Origin: Promethearchaeota archaeon
Lineage (GTDB): Archaea; Asgardarchaeota; Lokiarchaeia; Sigyniarchaeales; Promethearchaeaceae
Length of the DNA: 32,000 bases
Assembly: GCA_016933055.1 (NCBI GenBank)
Contig: JAFGBS010000028.1
Span: forward strand, 60,001-92,000
Direction of reading: 5' to 3'
The notes beneath the pieces were generated by a model. That model did not search any database, was not told the DNA's origin, and saw only the letters and a program-made list of their open reading frames with translations. The position numbers and the translations under genes were made by a program. Positions 18,312-27,973 of the stretch are shown one piece after another (position 1 is the stretch's first letter; every line of letters starts with the position of its first letter).

Positions 18312-20693
18312 CTATTTTAAGGGTGTGAGTATTAGTTCACTTTCTTTTTCTTGCAAGATTTGTTTATCTGACCAGTTCATGATAAAATATTTTCCTGTTC
18401 TCCACATTTCGAACATATCACAGTAGTGAGGGCTTGCTAAATGCCCAGACTGTCCCGTAGGATAAATATAGAACGAATTTTCTAAATTCCCTAAATCTAC
18501 AATCTGTCGGTAGGATGCAGCAAAAAATTGCAAATTGTAGGGATTGGAAGGATTCCATGCAGTCTGGTTCGGTGTATCCGTATCTCCTCCGATGGGTTTA
18601 CCCTCCTTCCCCCCTACATTAAAAACCTCGTCCATCGGTTTTTGTATTGCCATTGCATGGGCGATCGACACTCTATGAGCATCTCCCCACCCTACCGATT
18701 TCCATTTATCACCATACGTGGATTTTAACCATTGGATGCTTTCATTGAAGGCTTGTTTAAGTACCTCCGTTTTGCCTCCCCCTTGCTGAATCCACCATGA
18801 ATCGGGATTCTTTAAGAGTTTGTGAAGAATAGGTCCATCATTTCCGTACATATCGGAAATATTGGAAAGAACTGGTATATATCCGACCCCAAGATATTTT
18901 ACCGTTAATTCTTCGCCTAGAATGGGCAGAAATATAATTTTGTTCAAATTATATTTAAATACTTCATAATACAAACCCGGAGTACTATCAACGGTCAGTT
19001 GTCCGTCCCAATTTTCTAAATTAGCTATGAAATATTTAATATCTGGATTTTTACTTTGGTAACTTGAGATTACATGGATTAAATCTAAAGCCATTAAGCA
19101 TTTGACATCATTCTGAAGGTCCATGTGATCTTTCGGAAAATGCATTTTACCTTTAGACTGGATAAAATTAGTTATTCGTTTTGCCCTGTAACCGTTCATG
19201 GAAACTCCCGATAAATAATAGGGGTAAGAATCGGGGACGAGTTTATTATTGCATGTGACGATCATTCCAGATTTAGGATTAAATGCATGCGGCATTTCTT
19301 CAAAGGGAATTTCATCAATCCATTCATATTCTCCCGTCCATCCTGGAACAGGAATCGTTCCCGTACCCTTTGCCCGTATAGGTATCTTTCCAGAGACATA
19401 CCATCCTATATTGCCGTAAATATCAGCATATGACATATTCATTTGAGGTGCAGTGAACATCCTCATCGCTTCCACGAAATCATCCCACTCCTGTCCTGTG
19501 TTAATCAGATAATATGATTTTAGCACTTTGGAGGGTCGTAAAGACATTCCACAATATGCAATTGCTCGTTTTTCCTCATTAATTCCTTTTGATATAATGG
19601 GACCGTGATGAGTAATCAAAACTTTCTCCTTGTGCGAGGTTTTATGTTTAATATTAATTTCCTCTTCCACGATTTCTGCATTTTTCCATTCTCCCTTGAA
19701 TTCATATTGATCAAGATCATCAGGATTCATTTTTTCGATGAACAGATCCTCTGCATCAGCTCGTGCAAGGGTTGATCCATACGCAAAATATTGATTATGA
19801 CCAACTAATACTAAGGGCAATCCTGGTAGGCACACTCCAGAAACATTCAAATCTCTTTTTCCATCTTTTTCCACTATTAGATGATTATAATACCAAATTG
19901 CAGGTACTGACAATTCTAAATGCATATCGTTACAATGTACGGCCGATTTGGTGTCATTGTTTGATGGAGTAATCGTCCATGAATTGCTTGCTCCTCCTTT
20001 TTTTATGAATGGTCCTTGAATTGCTTTCAAAATTCCATCTTCAAACACATTCATTTCAACCTTTTCTCCCATTACCGTTGGATTTTCATCAGGGTAAATA
20101 GGTGCAATTTCATTTGCGTGTTCGATGCCCACTTTATCTGCGATTGCCATTCTGGCAATTTCTAAATGCCAACAGCCACTCATAGTCCAGCACATATATC
20201 GTGCAAGAGCCATAGTATCTTCGATTTCCCAAGGCCGGGGCTTTTTATGCTTTAATAGACTATGTTCGACTGGAATTTTCCAGTTTTTATTGGTGATAAG
20301 AACATTTACTCCCGCAACATATGCTTGGATAAGTGACTTCATATGTTCATCGAGGAGTTCCCAGTCTTTTTTAGCGACTCGAGCAAATCCAAAAGTTCGT
20401 GAAGCAATATCGGTCCCTAATGCAAGTTCTCCAAAAATCTCGGACATTTGCCCTCTCGATACTCTACGGTTAAGTTCCATTTGCCAAAAACGTTCTTGCG
20501 CGTGACAATAGCCTTGAGCAAACACTAGGTCTTCTTCATTTTTCGCATAGATATGCGGCGCTCCTGCTTTATCGCGAATGATCTTAACGGGTGATTTTAA
20601 ACCCGGAAGCGTAACTTCTCCATCTACTTGCGGTAAACGTTTTTTACTCATATTCAAAATAATTCCTTTTAGAATTTTCCCTAAAAGCGTCAT
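18312..20693 (-). CDS. Penicillin acylase / acyl-homoserine-lactone acylase family Ntn hydrolase (S45)
   Basis: IIRDKAGAPHIYA, AQGYCHAQERFWQME, autocleavage site GA|SNSW (Ser codon 19986-19988), NDMHL, TGQSG. No evident signal peptide. Confidence 0.92.
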   Translation of the reverse strand: MTLLGKILKGIILNMSKKRLPQVDGEVTLPGLKSPVKIIRDKAGAPHIYAKNEEDLVFAQGYCHAQERFWQMELNRRVSRGQMSEIFGELALGTDIASRTFGFARVAKKDWELLDEHMKSLIQAYVAGVNVLITNKNWKIPVEHSLLKHKKPRPWEIEDTMALARYMCWTMSGCWHLEIARMAIADKVGIEHANEIAPIYPDENPTVMGEKVEMNVFEDGILKAIQGPFIKKGGASNSWTITPSNNDTKSAVHCNDMHLELSVPAIWYYNHLIVEKDGKRDLNVSGVCLPGLPLVLVGHNQYFAYGSTLARADAEDLFIEKMNPDDLDQYEFKGEWKNAEIVEEEINIKHKTSHKEKVLITHHGPIISKGINEEKRAIAYCGMSLRPSKVLKSYYLINTGQEWDDFVEAMRMFTAPQMNMSYADIYGNIGWYVSGKIPIRAKGTGTIPVPGWTGEYEWIDEIPFEEMPHAFNPKSGMIVTCNNKLVPDSYPYYLSGVSMNGYRAKRITNFIQSKGKMHFPKDHMDLQNDVKCLMALDLIHVISSYQSKNPDIKYFIANLENWDGQLTVDSTPGLYYEVFKYNLNKIIFLPILGEELTVKYLGVGYIPVLSNISDMYGNDGPILHKLLKNPDSWWIQQGGGKTEVLKQAFNESIQWLKSTYGDKWKSVGWGDAHRVSIAHAMAIQKPMDEVFNVGGKEGKPIGGDTDTPNQTAWNPSNPYNLQFFAASYRQIVDLGNLENSFYIYPTGQSGHLASPHYCDMFEMWRTGKYFIMNWSDKQILQEKESELILTPLK

Positions 20694-20781
20694 TTTTCTT
20701 AAACCTACTTAGAAGTGTCTCCCAATTAGTGGAAAAATAATATAAATCTTTACGCTTTCGAATTGAAAAGTAAAAAAAAAA

Positions 20782-22530
20782 TTAATGATAAAGATAAAGA
20801 AACCTCTCCATGTAGTAAAGAAAGATCTGATTATAAAATCCGGGGAAATATACATCATTACCGTGTCCCGCAAACGGAAATGTAATTAGAGCACAATCAG
20901 TCCTCCCAAAACTTTGATATTTTTGTCGGAGTATTTTGGATTGGATAATTAATGGATCTTGGTTTCCTTGGAAGATTAAACATGGGGGGCTTGTCATATT
21001 AATTAACATAACGGGATCCACCCATTCAGGTTTGCTTGATGCTGCAAAATCAAAGGTAACATTATTAGCGGGGTAAAATGGAACCATTCCCTTAATTGTG
21101 TATGCATCGGAGAACTCCGTATAATTTTTTGAAGCTAAACTTAGCGCAGTGGCGCAAGTCAGCTGACCACCCGCGGATCCCCCTGACACAAAAACAGAGT
21201 CGAGGTTCACCCCGAATTCTGTAGCATGCGCCTCTAGAAAATATGTAAAATTGCCAATATGTCGTAGCATATCATCAATAGTGAAATTTCCCATGACATT
21301 AGTGGGCTTAAAAGGTATATTCCCAAAGAGATCGCTTTCATTGTTGAGTCCGTATTGAATATCAAATACACAATAGCCTTGACTTGCGAAATAGCGATTC
21401 ATCATACCTATATTTCCCGATCCTTTATCCCCAATGACCCAACCTCCCCCATGGATACGAATTAGTGTTGAATTCTCGCCCGGTAGTCCAACATAATTTA
21501 AAGGTGGAAGATATGCATCAAAGTACAACATTATAGATTGGTCAACTGTGAAATTACTTTCAGATCCATTAAAATATAAAATATCTTTAATTTCGACACA
21601 AGGGGGATTATTTGGACCAATAAAATAATCTACCAATTGGAAATGATTTTTTTTAAAGTAGTTCTGAGCAGCGTCCGAGATTTGAGTTTCCCAATTTCCT
21701 CCAAATTCGGGATTAAACGCTGTATCAAATACTCGTTCTGCATCCCGAATGTAAATGGGCGTTCCCAAAACGGGGATAAAACTAATACTTGAAATGCTAA
21801 AACCTATCATTGCTGTGATGAGTAGTGCAGAGGTTTTAATTTTGGATGCTTCTAGTAGTTGTTGGAAACTACTCATGATTTGAAAGGTTTTAATTAGAAA
21901 AATTAACCCGAAAAATAGACTCAACATTGCAGCAAAAACCCCTAACATAAATAATCCTTGAGATCTAGCAAAGAAAAGGGTATAATCTATTAGTGCTCCG
22001 AATCCTAGAAGAATAATGTTTAATGAAATCGATACAATCAGCCAGTATCTATTGGTTTTGCTCAATTTAGAGGTCATCCTTCTCTCAATTTTTATCCCTC
22101 GTGCTTGTTGAATCTGTGGTATAAACCAGTAGAAATGTGCATATATTAAACATGCTGCATAGATGAATGGTATAAAATTTAAAAATCCTAAAAATATCAA
22201 AACCATATCCGTTCTTATTGGGATCTCGCTATATCCTTGAAAATTGATGAGAAATTGAATTGTTAACACTAAACAAGAAACAATAAAAAAGGATTTCATG
22301 GAAATTTTCATTCCCCTTTTGTATTGGTACTGTCTGAATAAGAAGTAAACCGTACCTTGGTCTACGATAAGAAGTATCAGACTAATGATTCCAATAATAT
22401 TTGTTGTGGTCGGTAATTTGACTATTGGCTGAAGTCTTTGAATTAAAGTCGCTAAGGGCATAATTATGTTTAGGACAATCATGATAGAGCCAAAGATTTT
22501 CACTTTTTGAGGTAATTGGGATTTAAACAT
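20782..22530 (-). CDS. Membrane-anchored alpha/beta hydrolase (HSL-like lipase/esterase)
   Basis: About 7 N-terminal TM segments, then HGGGW oxyanion motif, GGSAGG nucleophile elbow, and GNQD and GHG (Asp/His). Confidence 0.85.
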   Translation of the reverse strand: MFKSQLPQKVKIFGSIMIVLNIIMPLATLIQRLQPIVKLPTTTNIIGIISLILLIVDQGTVYFLFRQYQYKRGMKISMKSFFIVSCLVLTIQFLINFQGYSEIPIRTDMVLIFLGFLNFIPFIYAACLIYAHFYWFIPQIQQARGIKIERRMTSKLSKTNRYWLIVSISLNIILLGFGALIDYTLFFARSQGLFMLGVFAAMLSLFFGLIFLIKTFQIMSSFQQLLEASKIKTSALLITAMIGFSISSISFIPVLGTPIYIRDAERVFDTAFNPEFGGNWETQISDAAQNYFKKNHFQLVDYFIGPNNPPCVEIKDILYFNGSESNFTVDQSIMLYFDAYLPPLNYVGLPGENSTLIRIHGGGWVIGDKGSGNIGMMNRYFASQGYCVFDIQYGLNNESDLFGNIPFKPTNVMGNFTIDDMLRHIGNFTYFLEAHATEFGVNLDSVFVSGGSAGGQLTCATALSLASKNYTEFSDAYTIKGMVPFYPANNVTFDFAASSKPEWVDPVMLINMTSPPCLIFQGNQDPLIIQSKILRQKYQSFGRTDCALITFPFAGHGNDVYFPGFYNQIFLYYMERFLYLYH

Positions 22531-22577
22531 AACAATTAAATTGGGGAATTTGATTAATAAATCTTGTTTAACTTAGT

Positions 22578-25352
22578 CTATAAACCTCGTAATCCGTGGA
22601 ATAATAATCGAATCGCACTTAAAGGTTTTAGATTCAATTGACTTCCTTCTTCAATTTCAACTTTTTGATCTTTATTCCTAAATTCCACCCACTCAAGATA
22701 ATTCATATCGATCAAGTCCCGAACCCCGTGTTCCATCACTAAATTTTGATGATACTTTTCAAACGATTCATAGTTTGTATGTACTTTGTTCTCTTGATTT
22801 TTAAAGAGGACAAGTGGCGGAAACATATAATGTTCCACAAAGTTCCGTATACTCTTCGGGGGTTTATCTCCCTTGTAAGGTGCTAGTACAAGGTCGAATT
22901 CCATTTGCTTACCATTAAATGTGGGGGCTGAAGAACTAAAAGTACCACCAAATTGGGTGGCAATTTTCTGTCCAAATCCAGTTCCTCTCGGATCTGACCA
23001 ATAGTACAATTGTTTACCCCAATAGGTTCCAAAGGGATTGATCCGAACTTGTTGACCCTTATATTCGGTATTTCCAAATCCCTTATCCCTTATTTTCAAT
23101 GGAGAGAACGCGAAATTTGCACATTTAATGGCGTTAAATCCAATCAATAAGCCATTTTCTTGATTAGTTATGGCCATCCAGCCATTAGAGATAGCATTTA
23201 CTAAACAATCTATATTTTTGTTTTTCCGATGTACACAAGACAGATCCAAATCGAAATAGTTTGTGGTGCCCATAAAATTATGTTTCCACACTCGTAAAGG
23301 ATCCTTAATGCTATGACCGAGAATCGCGGGTTCGATTTCTAACGGCATTACTTCCACCCATTTATCATCAAATGGAGTACCTACACGGTAAACACCTCTC
23401 TCGGTAGTTGTAGAACCATATGTTCTGGGAAAATATACTTTTACTTTTACGAAAAGGTATGGTAAATCCCGGTATAACGTTAATATTTTTTCCGTTCGTA
23501 CAATGGCATTTTCTGCTATTTTAAACGCTCCAATGAGACGTATACTGGCTGAAAAACCATCTGTACCATCTTTCAGAACATATACAGCATTTCGTGATGA
23601 TTCAAATCGTTTAGCTTTGGCTTTTCCATAAGTAACAACGGTCTCAAGACAAGATCCTGATAAATATTGATCATTTACATAAAGAAATGAAGTTATTTTT
23701 CCTAAAATATCCAGATTTATCGTTATGTATTTGTTTTTTAAGACATTTCGCTTTGCTTCCAGGAATTTTGGTATTTTATGTTTTCTTTTGGATTTGTTTT
23801 GTTTTATATTACCCAAAATCATTTTTGAATTACCAAATTGTTCAGCTTGGAGTATAATTTCTGTAATATTGGAGGGTTCTATTTCATTTTTCACGTAATG
23901 GAGATTTATATTCTTATTTCTTAATGTTAATATTGGATTTGGATTTTCTTCTTCGGTGAAAGGGACTTGAAGCTGTAACAATATAGGAGTTGTAATATCA
24001 GCTTTCTCTTTTTCAGATATACCACGGTTTACAAGAGGAAAAATCCAAGTATCATATTTACTATCCATAATCTCCACACTAAGAGATTTAATCGCTTCCT
24101 TTAAGGCGCTTTCTGCTGCAGAATACATACGAGATCCATAGATCATCGTAGTTTTTTGTCTATCTGGGTGGATAAATGGCATAGACATTCCGAAATTTGT
24201 CGTGGAGGTGAAGAGCATTTTGTTTTTCAAATAGGATTCTTTACCTAGGTCTTTATCTCTAATAATGCTATCAATCAATTCACAATCGATATCATCATTT
24301 ATGTCTACTAAAGTGTCTGCTGCAGATTTCATCCAACGAGATTGTTCTTCAAGAGTCCACATACGTGTGTTGTGGTATTTTTGAGCCCAATTATGGTATC
24401 CGTTAAAATTTCCGTCTGCAACATCAGGTCGTAGAATAGTTTCCCCTTTAGGATCTAGCTTAGGAACAATATCAAGCAAATTAGCAAGTTCCACATATTG
24501 ATATTTGTCAGCGGCTTCAAGAAGTTCAGGGATACCTCGTGAATTTGGCATCCATTTGAGGAGTTTTGGCAATGATATCCCCTTCCATACATAAGAATCC
24601 ATATCAAAATTAATAACTAGCAATGCATGTCCGTCAATATACCCCTTTTTTTGATAAACACGTATATGCTGGAAATATTTCTTAATGCTGAAATGGTCCA
24701 TAATATCGATAAACCCATAGGTAGGAATCATTAGTATGGAAGTATCGGACTCCGTTGACTTGAATTTCATCAATCCATACCTCTGATTTACATCTAATCG
24801 GGGATTAAGAAATGTTCTGCTACTTTCAAATGGTCCTGCTGAATGATAGACAAGTAAACCCTTCACTCCCCCATTTTTTAGCTGTTCAATCATCCCTTGT
24901 GTAAACATTGCTTCTTGAGTGCGCATGTATGGAGCCACTCGATCTGGAAAAAGATCTCGTATACCCAATCCTAATGAATTACTATATGTCCATTCGATAT
25001 GTGTTTGCATTTCTTCGGTGTTGAACATTGGTTGGCATGAGTTACTCCACGAACATACTAACACCTCATCCTTACCCGCTTTACATCGATTTTGAATTCT
25101 TTTTAAAACTTCAGGTTGATATTTTTTTTGTAATTGAACAGTCCAATATGTATCAGCAAAATCCCAAGTAATTTTTGAGGTACCATCACATAGACCTCTA
25201 TTTTCACAATCTTCTAATGAATTCAAAATGGATTCCATTATTTGAATATCTAAACCAAATCCTCTATTATCTTTGGAATCTCCGCGGAAACTATGGTAGT
25301 AATTAATATGCGGACTCATTATAAAGTAAATTTTTTTGTCTTTAAATTCCAC
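22578..25352 (-). CDS. Large GH57/GH38-like carbohydrate-active protein
   Basis: N-terminal SPHINYYHS, RTQEAMF and INFDMD resemble the conserved segments of (beta/alpha)7 GH57/38 barrels. The C-terminal half is beta-rich. GTG start with an AGGTGA Shine-Dalgarno. The family assignment is by motif resemblance only. Confidence 0.5.
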   Translation of the reverse strand: MEFKDKKIYFIMSPHINYYHSFRGDSKDNRGFGLDIQIMESILNSLEDCENRGLCDGTSKITWDFADTYWTVQLQKKYQPEVLKRIQNRCKAGKDEVLVCSWSNSCQPMFNTEEMQTHIEWTYSNSLGLGIRDLFPDRVAPYMRTQEAMFTQGMIEQLKNGGVKGLLVYHSAGPFESSRTFLNPRLDVNQRYGLMKFKSTESDTSILMIPTYGFIDIMDHFSIKKYFQHIRVYQKKGYIDGHALLVINFDMDSYVWKGISLPKLLKWMPNSRGIPELLEAADKYQYVELANLLDIVPKLDPKGETILRPDVADGNFNGYHNWAQKYHNTRMWTLEEQSRWMKSAADTLVDINDDIDCELIDSIIRDKDLGKESYLKNKMLFTSTTNFGMSMPFIHPDRQKTTMIYGSRMYSAAESALKEAIKSLSVEIMDSKYDTWIFPLVNRGISEKEKADITTPILLQLQVPFTEEENPNPILTLRNKNINLHYVKNEIEPSNITEIILQAEQFGNSKMILGNIKQNKSKRKHKIPKFLEAKRNVLKNKYITINLDILGKITSFLYVNDQYLSGSCLETVVTYGKAKAKRFESSRNAVYVLKDGTDGFSASIRLIGAFKIAENAIVRTEKILTLYRDLPYLFVKVKVYFPRTYGSTTTERGVYRVGTPFDDKWVEVMPLEIEPAILGHSIKDPLRVWKHNFMGTTNYFDLDLSCVHRKNKNIDCLVNAISNGWMAITNQENGLLIGFNAIKCANFAFSPLKIRDKGFGNTEYKGQQVRINPFGTYWGKQLYYWSDPRGTGFGQKIATQFGGTFSSSAPTFNGKQMEFDLVLAPYKGDKPPKSIRNFVEHYMFPPLVLFKNQENKVHTNYESFEKYHQNLVMEHGVRDLIDMNYLEWVEFRNKDQKVEIEEGSQLNLKPLSAIRLLFHGLRGL

Positions 25353-25980
25353 CCACGATTCACCTGATTATAGATGTTATGCGGAAAAATATTTAGTTGT
25401 TTCTAACCAGATTGTTGGGAAGATATAAGAAAATGAGAATGTGGAAGGTGAGCCCTCTAATCCTTGAAGGCATCACTCATCCGACCCAACCAATCAAGCC
25501 TCTCCAACATCAAGATTCATAATATAATCTTATTATTGGGTCAACCAGATCTTTGCATGGGCGATCTATAGATAGTTGAATTCCCTATTTAAGGATTATT
25601 ATCTGTCTATTCAGATTTTTGGAGTCAAATCGAAATAAATTGAAAATGAGTATATCGAAAATTAAGCATTAGGAACTTTTTAATCGGTTTAGTACTTCTT
25701 CTAAAATTTGGATTATTTTTTCCTTATAGGGAACTCGTTCTGGGTATTTATAACTAAAACTCTTCCATTTGGGACGTTTATGGCCGATCTTAAATTTCAA
25801 TCCATTCATTTGAGTATCATAATGATTGAGAGCAGTTTTTGTTGCAATTTGATCACTCACAATTAACCAATGATATTGTGTGCCTATTTCACAACCTGTA
25901 TTTGCAGGCGCTTCCTTAAATCGGTCTTTTCCACTTTTAAATATAAATTGCCATTCGTCTGGTGCAATCTTTTTTTCTAG

Positions 25981-26213
25981 TCAAAAAGTATGCTATCGTT
26001 CAGCACGTTGAACTTAGAATTTAGAATTCTGCAACTACGCTATAAGCCTATTCCTCAGTTCAATAGAACAGATTCATAGGTTATAGCGTAGGAGTTCCTA
26101 AAACCCCTAAGAAATTTGGGATTTATCCCATTTTTGATATTTGATGGAGTTTTATGATGGTTTTCCCTTTTTGGTGCAGTAGGTTCATGGGATAGGATGG
26201 AATAGGTGTTGAT
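25981..26213. mobile_element. MITE-like non-autonomous insertion
   Basis: Flanked by direct repeat TAG (25978-25980 and 26214-26216), with inferred empty site TTCTAGCC. Imperfect terminal inverted repeats TCAAAAAGTATGCTATC vs TCAACACCTATTCCATC (12/17). Strong internal hairpin. No transposase ORF. Confidence 0.75.
26035..26091. repeat. Long hairpin inside the insertion
   Basis: CTACGCTATAA (26035-26045) pairs with TTATAGCGTAG (26081-26091), continued by CCTAT/ATAGG after a 1-nt bulge and an apical GTTC/GAAC stem. Confidence 0.85.
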
Positions 26214-26516
26214 TAGCCAGGTTCCATTGTTATATTTCCACTTGTGTTCTCCCCCAATTCGCATCCTTGAATAATAGCGACCATGGAAAGATTTCAATAC
26301 ATCAAATTCACCTCGTGATTCTTTAGAATGATGATCGGTAAAGTCTGTAATATTCACCTTTTTCATAAGGTTTCAACCATCGATTAAATAAGATAGCCTA
26401 ATCATTGTTTAAATTAATTTTAAAGGGAAATAGATTAGGTGAAAATCTGCATTTAAATAGAAAATAGCGAGAAAAGAGCAGTGGTGAGAGCGTACGATTA
26501 GAAAAGATAATTTAAT

Positions 26517-27014
26517 TTAACGTTTGGAGTTCTGTTTCTGAGAAAGAAACCGCATTAAATAATATGAAGCCAGAGAAGTTAAAATTAGCAAGATACAATC
26601 CACTAATCCAAATCCTCCACCATATAAGATTCCTCCAATAAACGCCAGCAAAATTTCCATCGAGGAACTTCCTCGTATAATTTCTAATCCTCCAGATACG
26701 CTACTCGTAACCAAGGCTGTGAATGCAACTAGAAACAAGCAAGTAATAAACAAGGTCTTCTGAAGTTCGTTATGACGTAAAAAAAACCCTCCTAAAAATC
26801 CTAATCCGGGTACCATGAAGATAAAGGTCCAAATCTGCCAACCATCACTAAGAAATTCTAGGGAAGTTATGATCGATAAAATTACTAAAATTAGTGAATA
26901 TAGGATTATTGGTACTATAAGAATTAAAGCATAGAGCAAGCTTACTCTTTTTTCTTCTATTTCTACATTGTAGGATTCTATTTCTTCTGGAGGATCTCTA
27001 ATATTCGATTCCAT
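26517..27014 (-). CDS. Hypothetical membrane protein (about 4 TM)
   Basis: 165 aa, ATG start, non-overlapping, with hydrophobic helices. Confidence 0.7.
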   Translation of the reverse strand: MESNIRDPPEEIESYNVEIEEKRVSLLYALILIVPIILYSLILVILSIITSLEFLSDGWQIWTFIFMVPGLGFLGGFFLRHNELQKTLFITCLFLVAFTALVTSSVSGGLEIIRGSSSMEILLAFIGGILYGGGFGLVDCILLILTSLASYYLMRFLSQKQNSKR

Positions 27015-27298
27015 AATTTTAGATTAGAAAAAGTAATTAAACAATTTTTTGTTTTAAATCTGAAAAAACCTCTAAAATGTGAAAACCATTTCTAATCGGA
27101 CATCATAGTTTTTATAATATATTGATTTTGAGGCGACGATTTCTGAGAAAACCGTGATTAATGTTCATGATCATTACGATTTTGAATGATACAAATTTTC
27201 CTTTCAATGGATTCAAAGTCATAATAATTCTTAGGTGAATATCTTGAATAATTACACAATCAGAGAATTATTTTTCTGATCAAAAAGAGAAATGTGAA

Positions 27299-27973
27299 GT
27301 GTTCTACTTGGTAAAAAATAAATTATTAAAAATAGGGGTGGTCATAGGGCTAATTTTCATTATTTTTGCACCTATGGTCGGAGGATTGTTCGAGACCCTC
27401 CAAGTAAAAAAGGATAAGGATCGAACGATCTCGGAAGAAAGCTCGGTGTCTTTCCGTGAGGTTGCAGCCTACGAAATCACTGTAAAAAGGAATCAAAAAT
27501 ATATTATTAAATTTTCCGTCTATTCAATAAATGTCAGTGCTTCACTGAAAATATTTGGGAAAGGGTTTTTTGATTCTGAATTTCAAAAAAATGCGACAAA
27601 TGCTCCACAAACAGTCACGGGAAAATATTTTCTTGTAAGTCAGCCTAGTTGGGCGTATGATCCCTCCAGCACTGAAGATTCTTTGACCGTTGTGACATGT
27701 GATCAAGATGATTTCTATTACATAGAATTTATGGGTGATGGGCAGAGTGTAAATGATCTTATTTGGAATGAACCAGGAGATTATGTAATCACTGTCTATG
27801 GTACGAACTCGTTTGCCAATAATACAAATGTAACATTCAATATTGAAATATTTAAGAGTGGACCGAGTGAAGTGATAAAGAAAATTTTTTCGTATACAGG
27901 ATGGGCAATAATTATTATCACTTGCTTGGTTATAAGTATAAAAATTAGTAAAAAATGGAGGGATACAGACTAA
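27299..27973 (+). CDS. Hypothetical membrane-anchored protein with an extracytoplasmic beta-rich domain
   Basis: N-terminal and C-terminal TM helices flank a beta-strand-rich region containing several N-x-S/T sequons. The start codon is uncertain (GTG 27299 or a nearby TTG). Confidence 0.7.
   Translation: MFYLVKNKLLKIGVVIGLIFIIFAPMVGGLFETLQVKKDKDRTISEESSVSFREVAAYEITVKRNQKYIIKFSVYSINVSASLKIFGKGFFDSEFQKNATNAPQTVTGKYFLVSQPSWAYDPSSTEDSLTVVTCDQDDFYYIEFMGDGQSVNDLIWNEPGDYVITVYGTNSFANNTNVTFNIEIFKSGPSEVIKKIFSYTGWAIIIITCLVISIKISKKWRDTD

Larger units (their letters stand above)
25669..26366 (-). pseudogene. Conserved hypothetical 153-aa gene interrupted by a 233-bp insertion
   Basis: N-part 26366-26214 (51 codons, ...HKWKYNNGTWL) joins C-part 25977-25669 (EKKIAPDEWQFIFKSGKDRFKEAPANTGCEIGTQYHWLIVSDQ...GLKFKIGHKR...stop) in frame once 236 nt are removed. 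The ORF-track calls 26055..26366 and 25669..25860 are its fragments. Confidence 0.85.

Noticed and set aside
25440-25510. Relatively GC-rich non-coding patch with repeated GAAGG and a TGATG element (box C/D sRNA or ribozyme?)
   Set aside because: There is no complete RUGAUGA/CUGA pair or hammerhead core, and no convincing stems.
18653-25566. Identical 14-mer TTGCATGGGCGATC at 18653-18666 and 25553-25566
   Set aside because: About one such match is expected by chance in 32 kb, one copy lies in coding sequence, and the match does not extend.
26035-26091. The hairpin as a SECIS element (AUGA...GA) with UGA readthrough at 26055-26057
   Set aside because: The stem above AUGA is far shorter than the SECIS helix II and has no apical AA motif. 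Readthrough would hit TAG four codons later.
25981-26213. IS200/IS605 (TnpB omega-RNA) remnant, suggested by TCAA and TTGAT at the ends
   Set aside because: The motifs are in the wrong order for that family (TTGAT should precede the left end and TCAA close the right end), and those elements make no target duplication.
25970-26225. The insertion as an archaeal bulge-helix-bulge intron
   Set aside because: A 4-bp CUGG/CUAG helix can form, but the flanking exon helix does not pair. Canonical cleavage would delete 4 exon nt and shift the frame. A target-site duplication explains the junction better. RT-PCR across the site would settle it.
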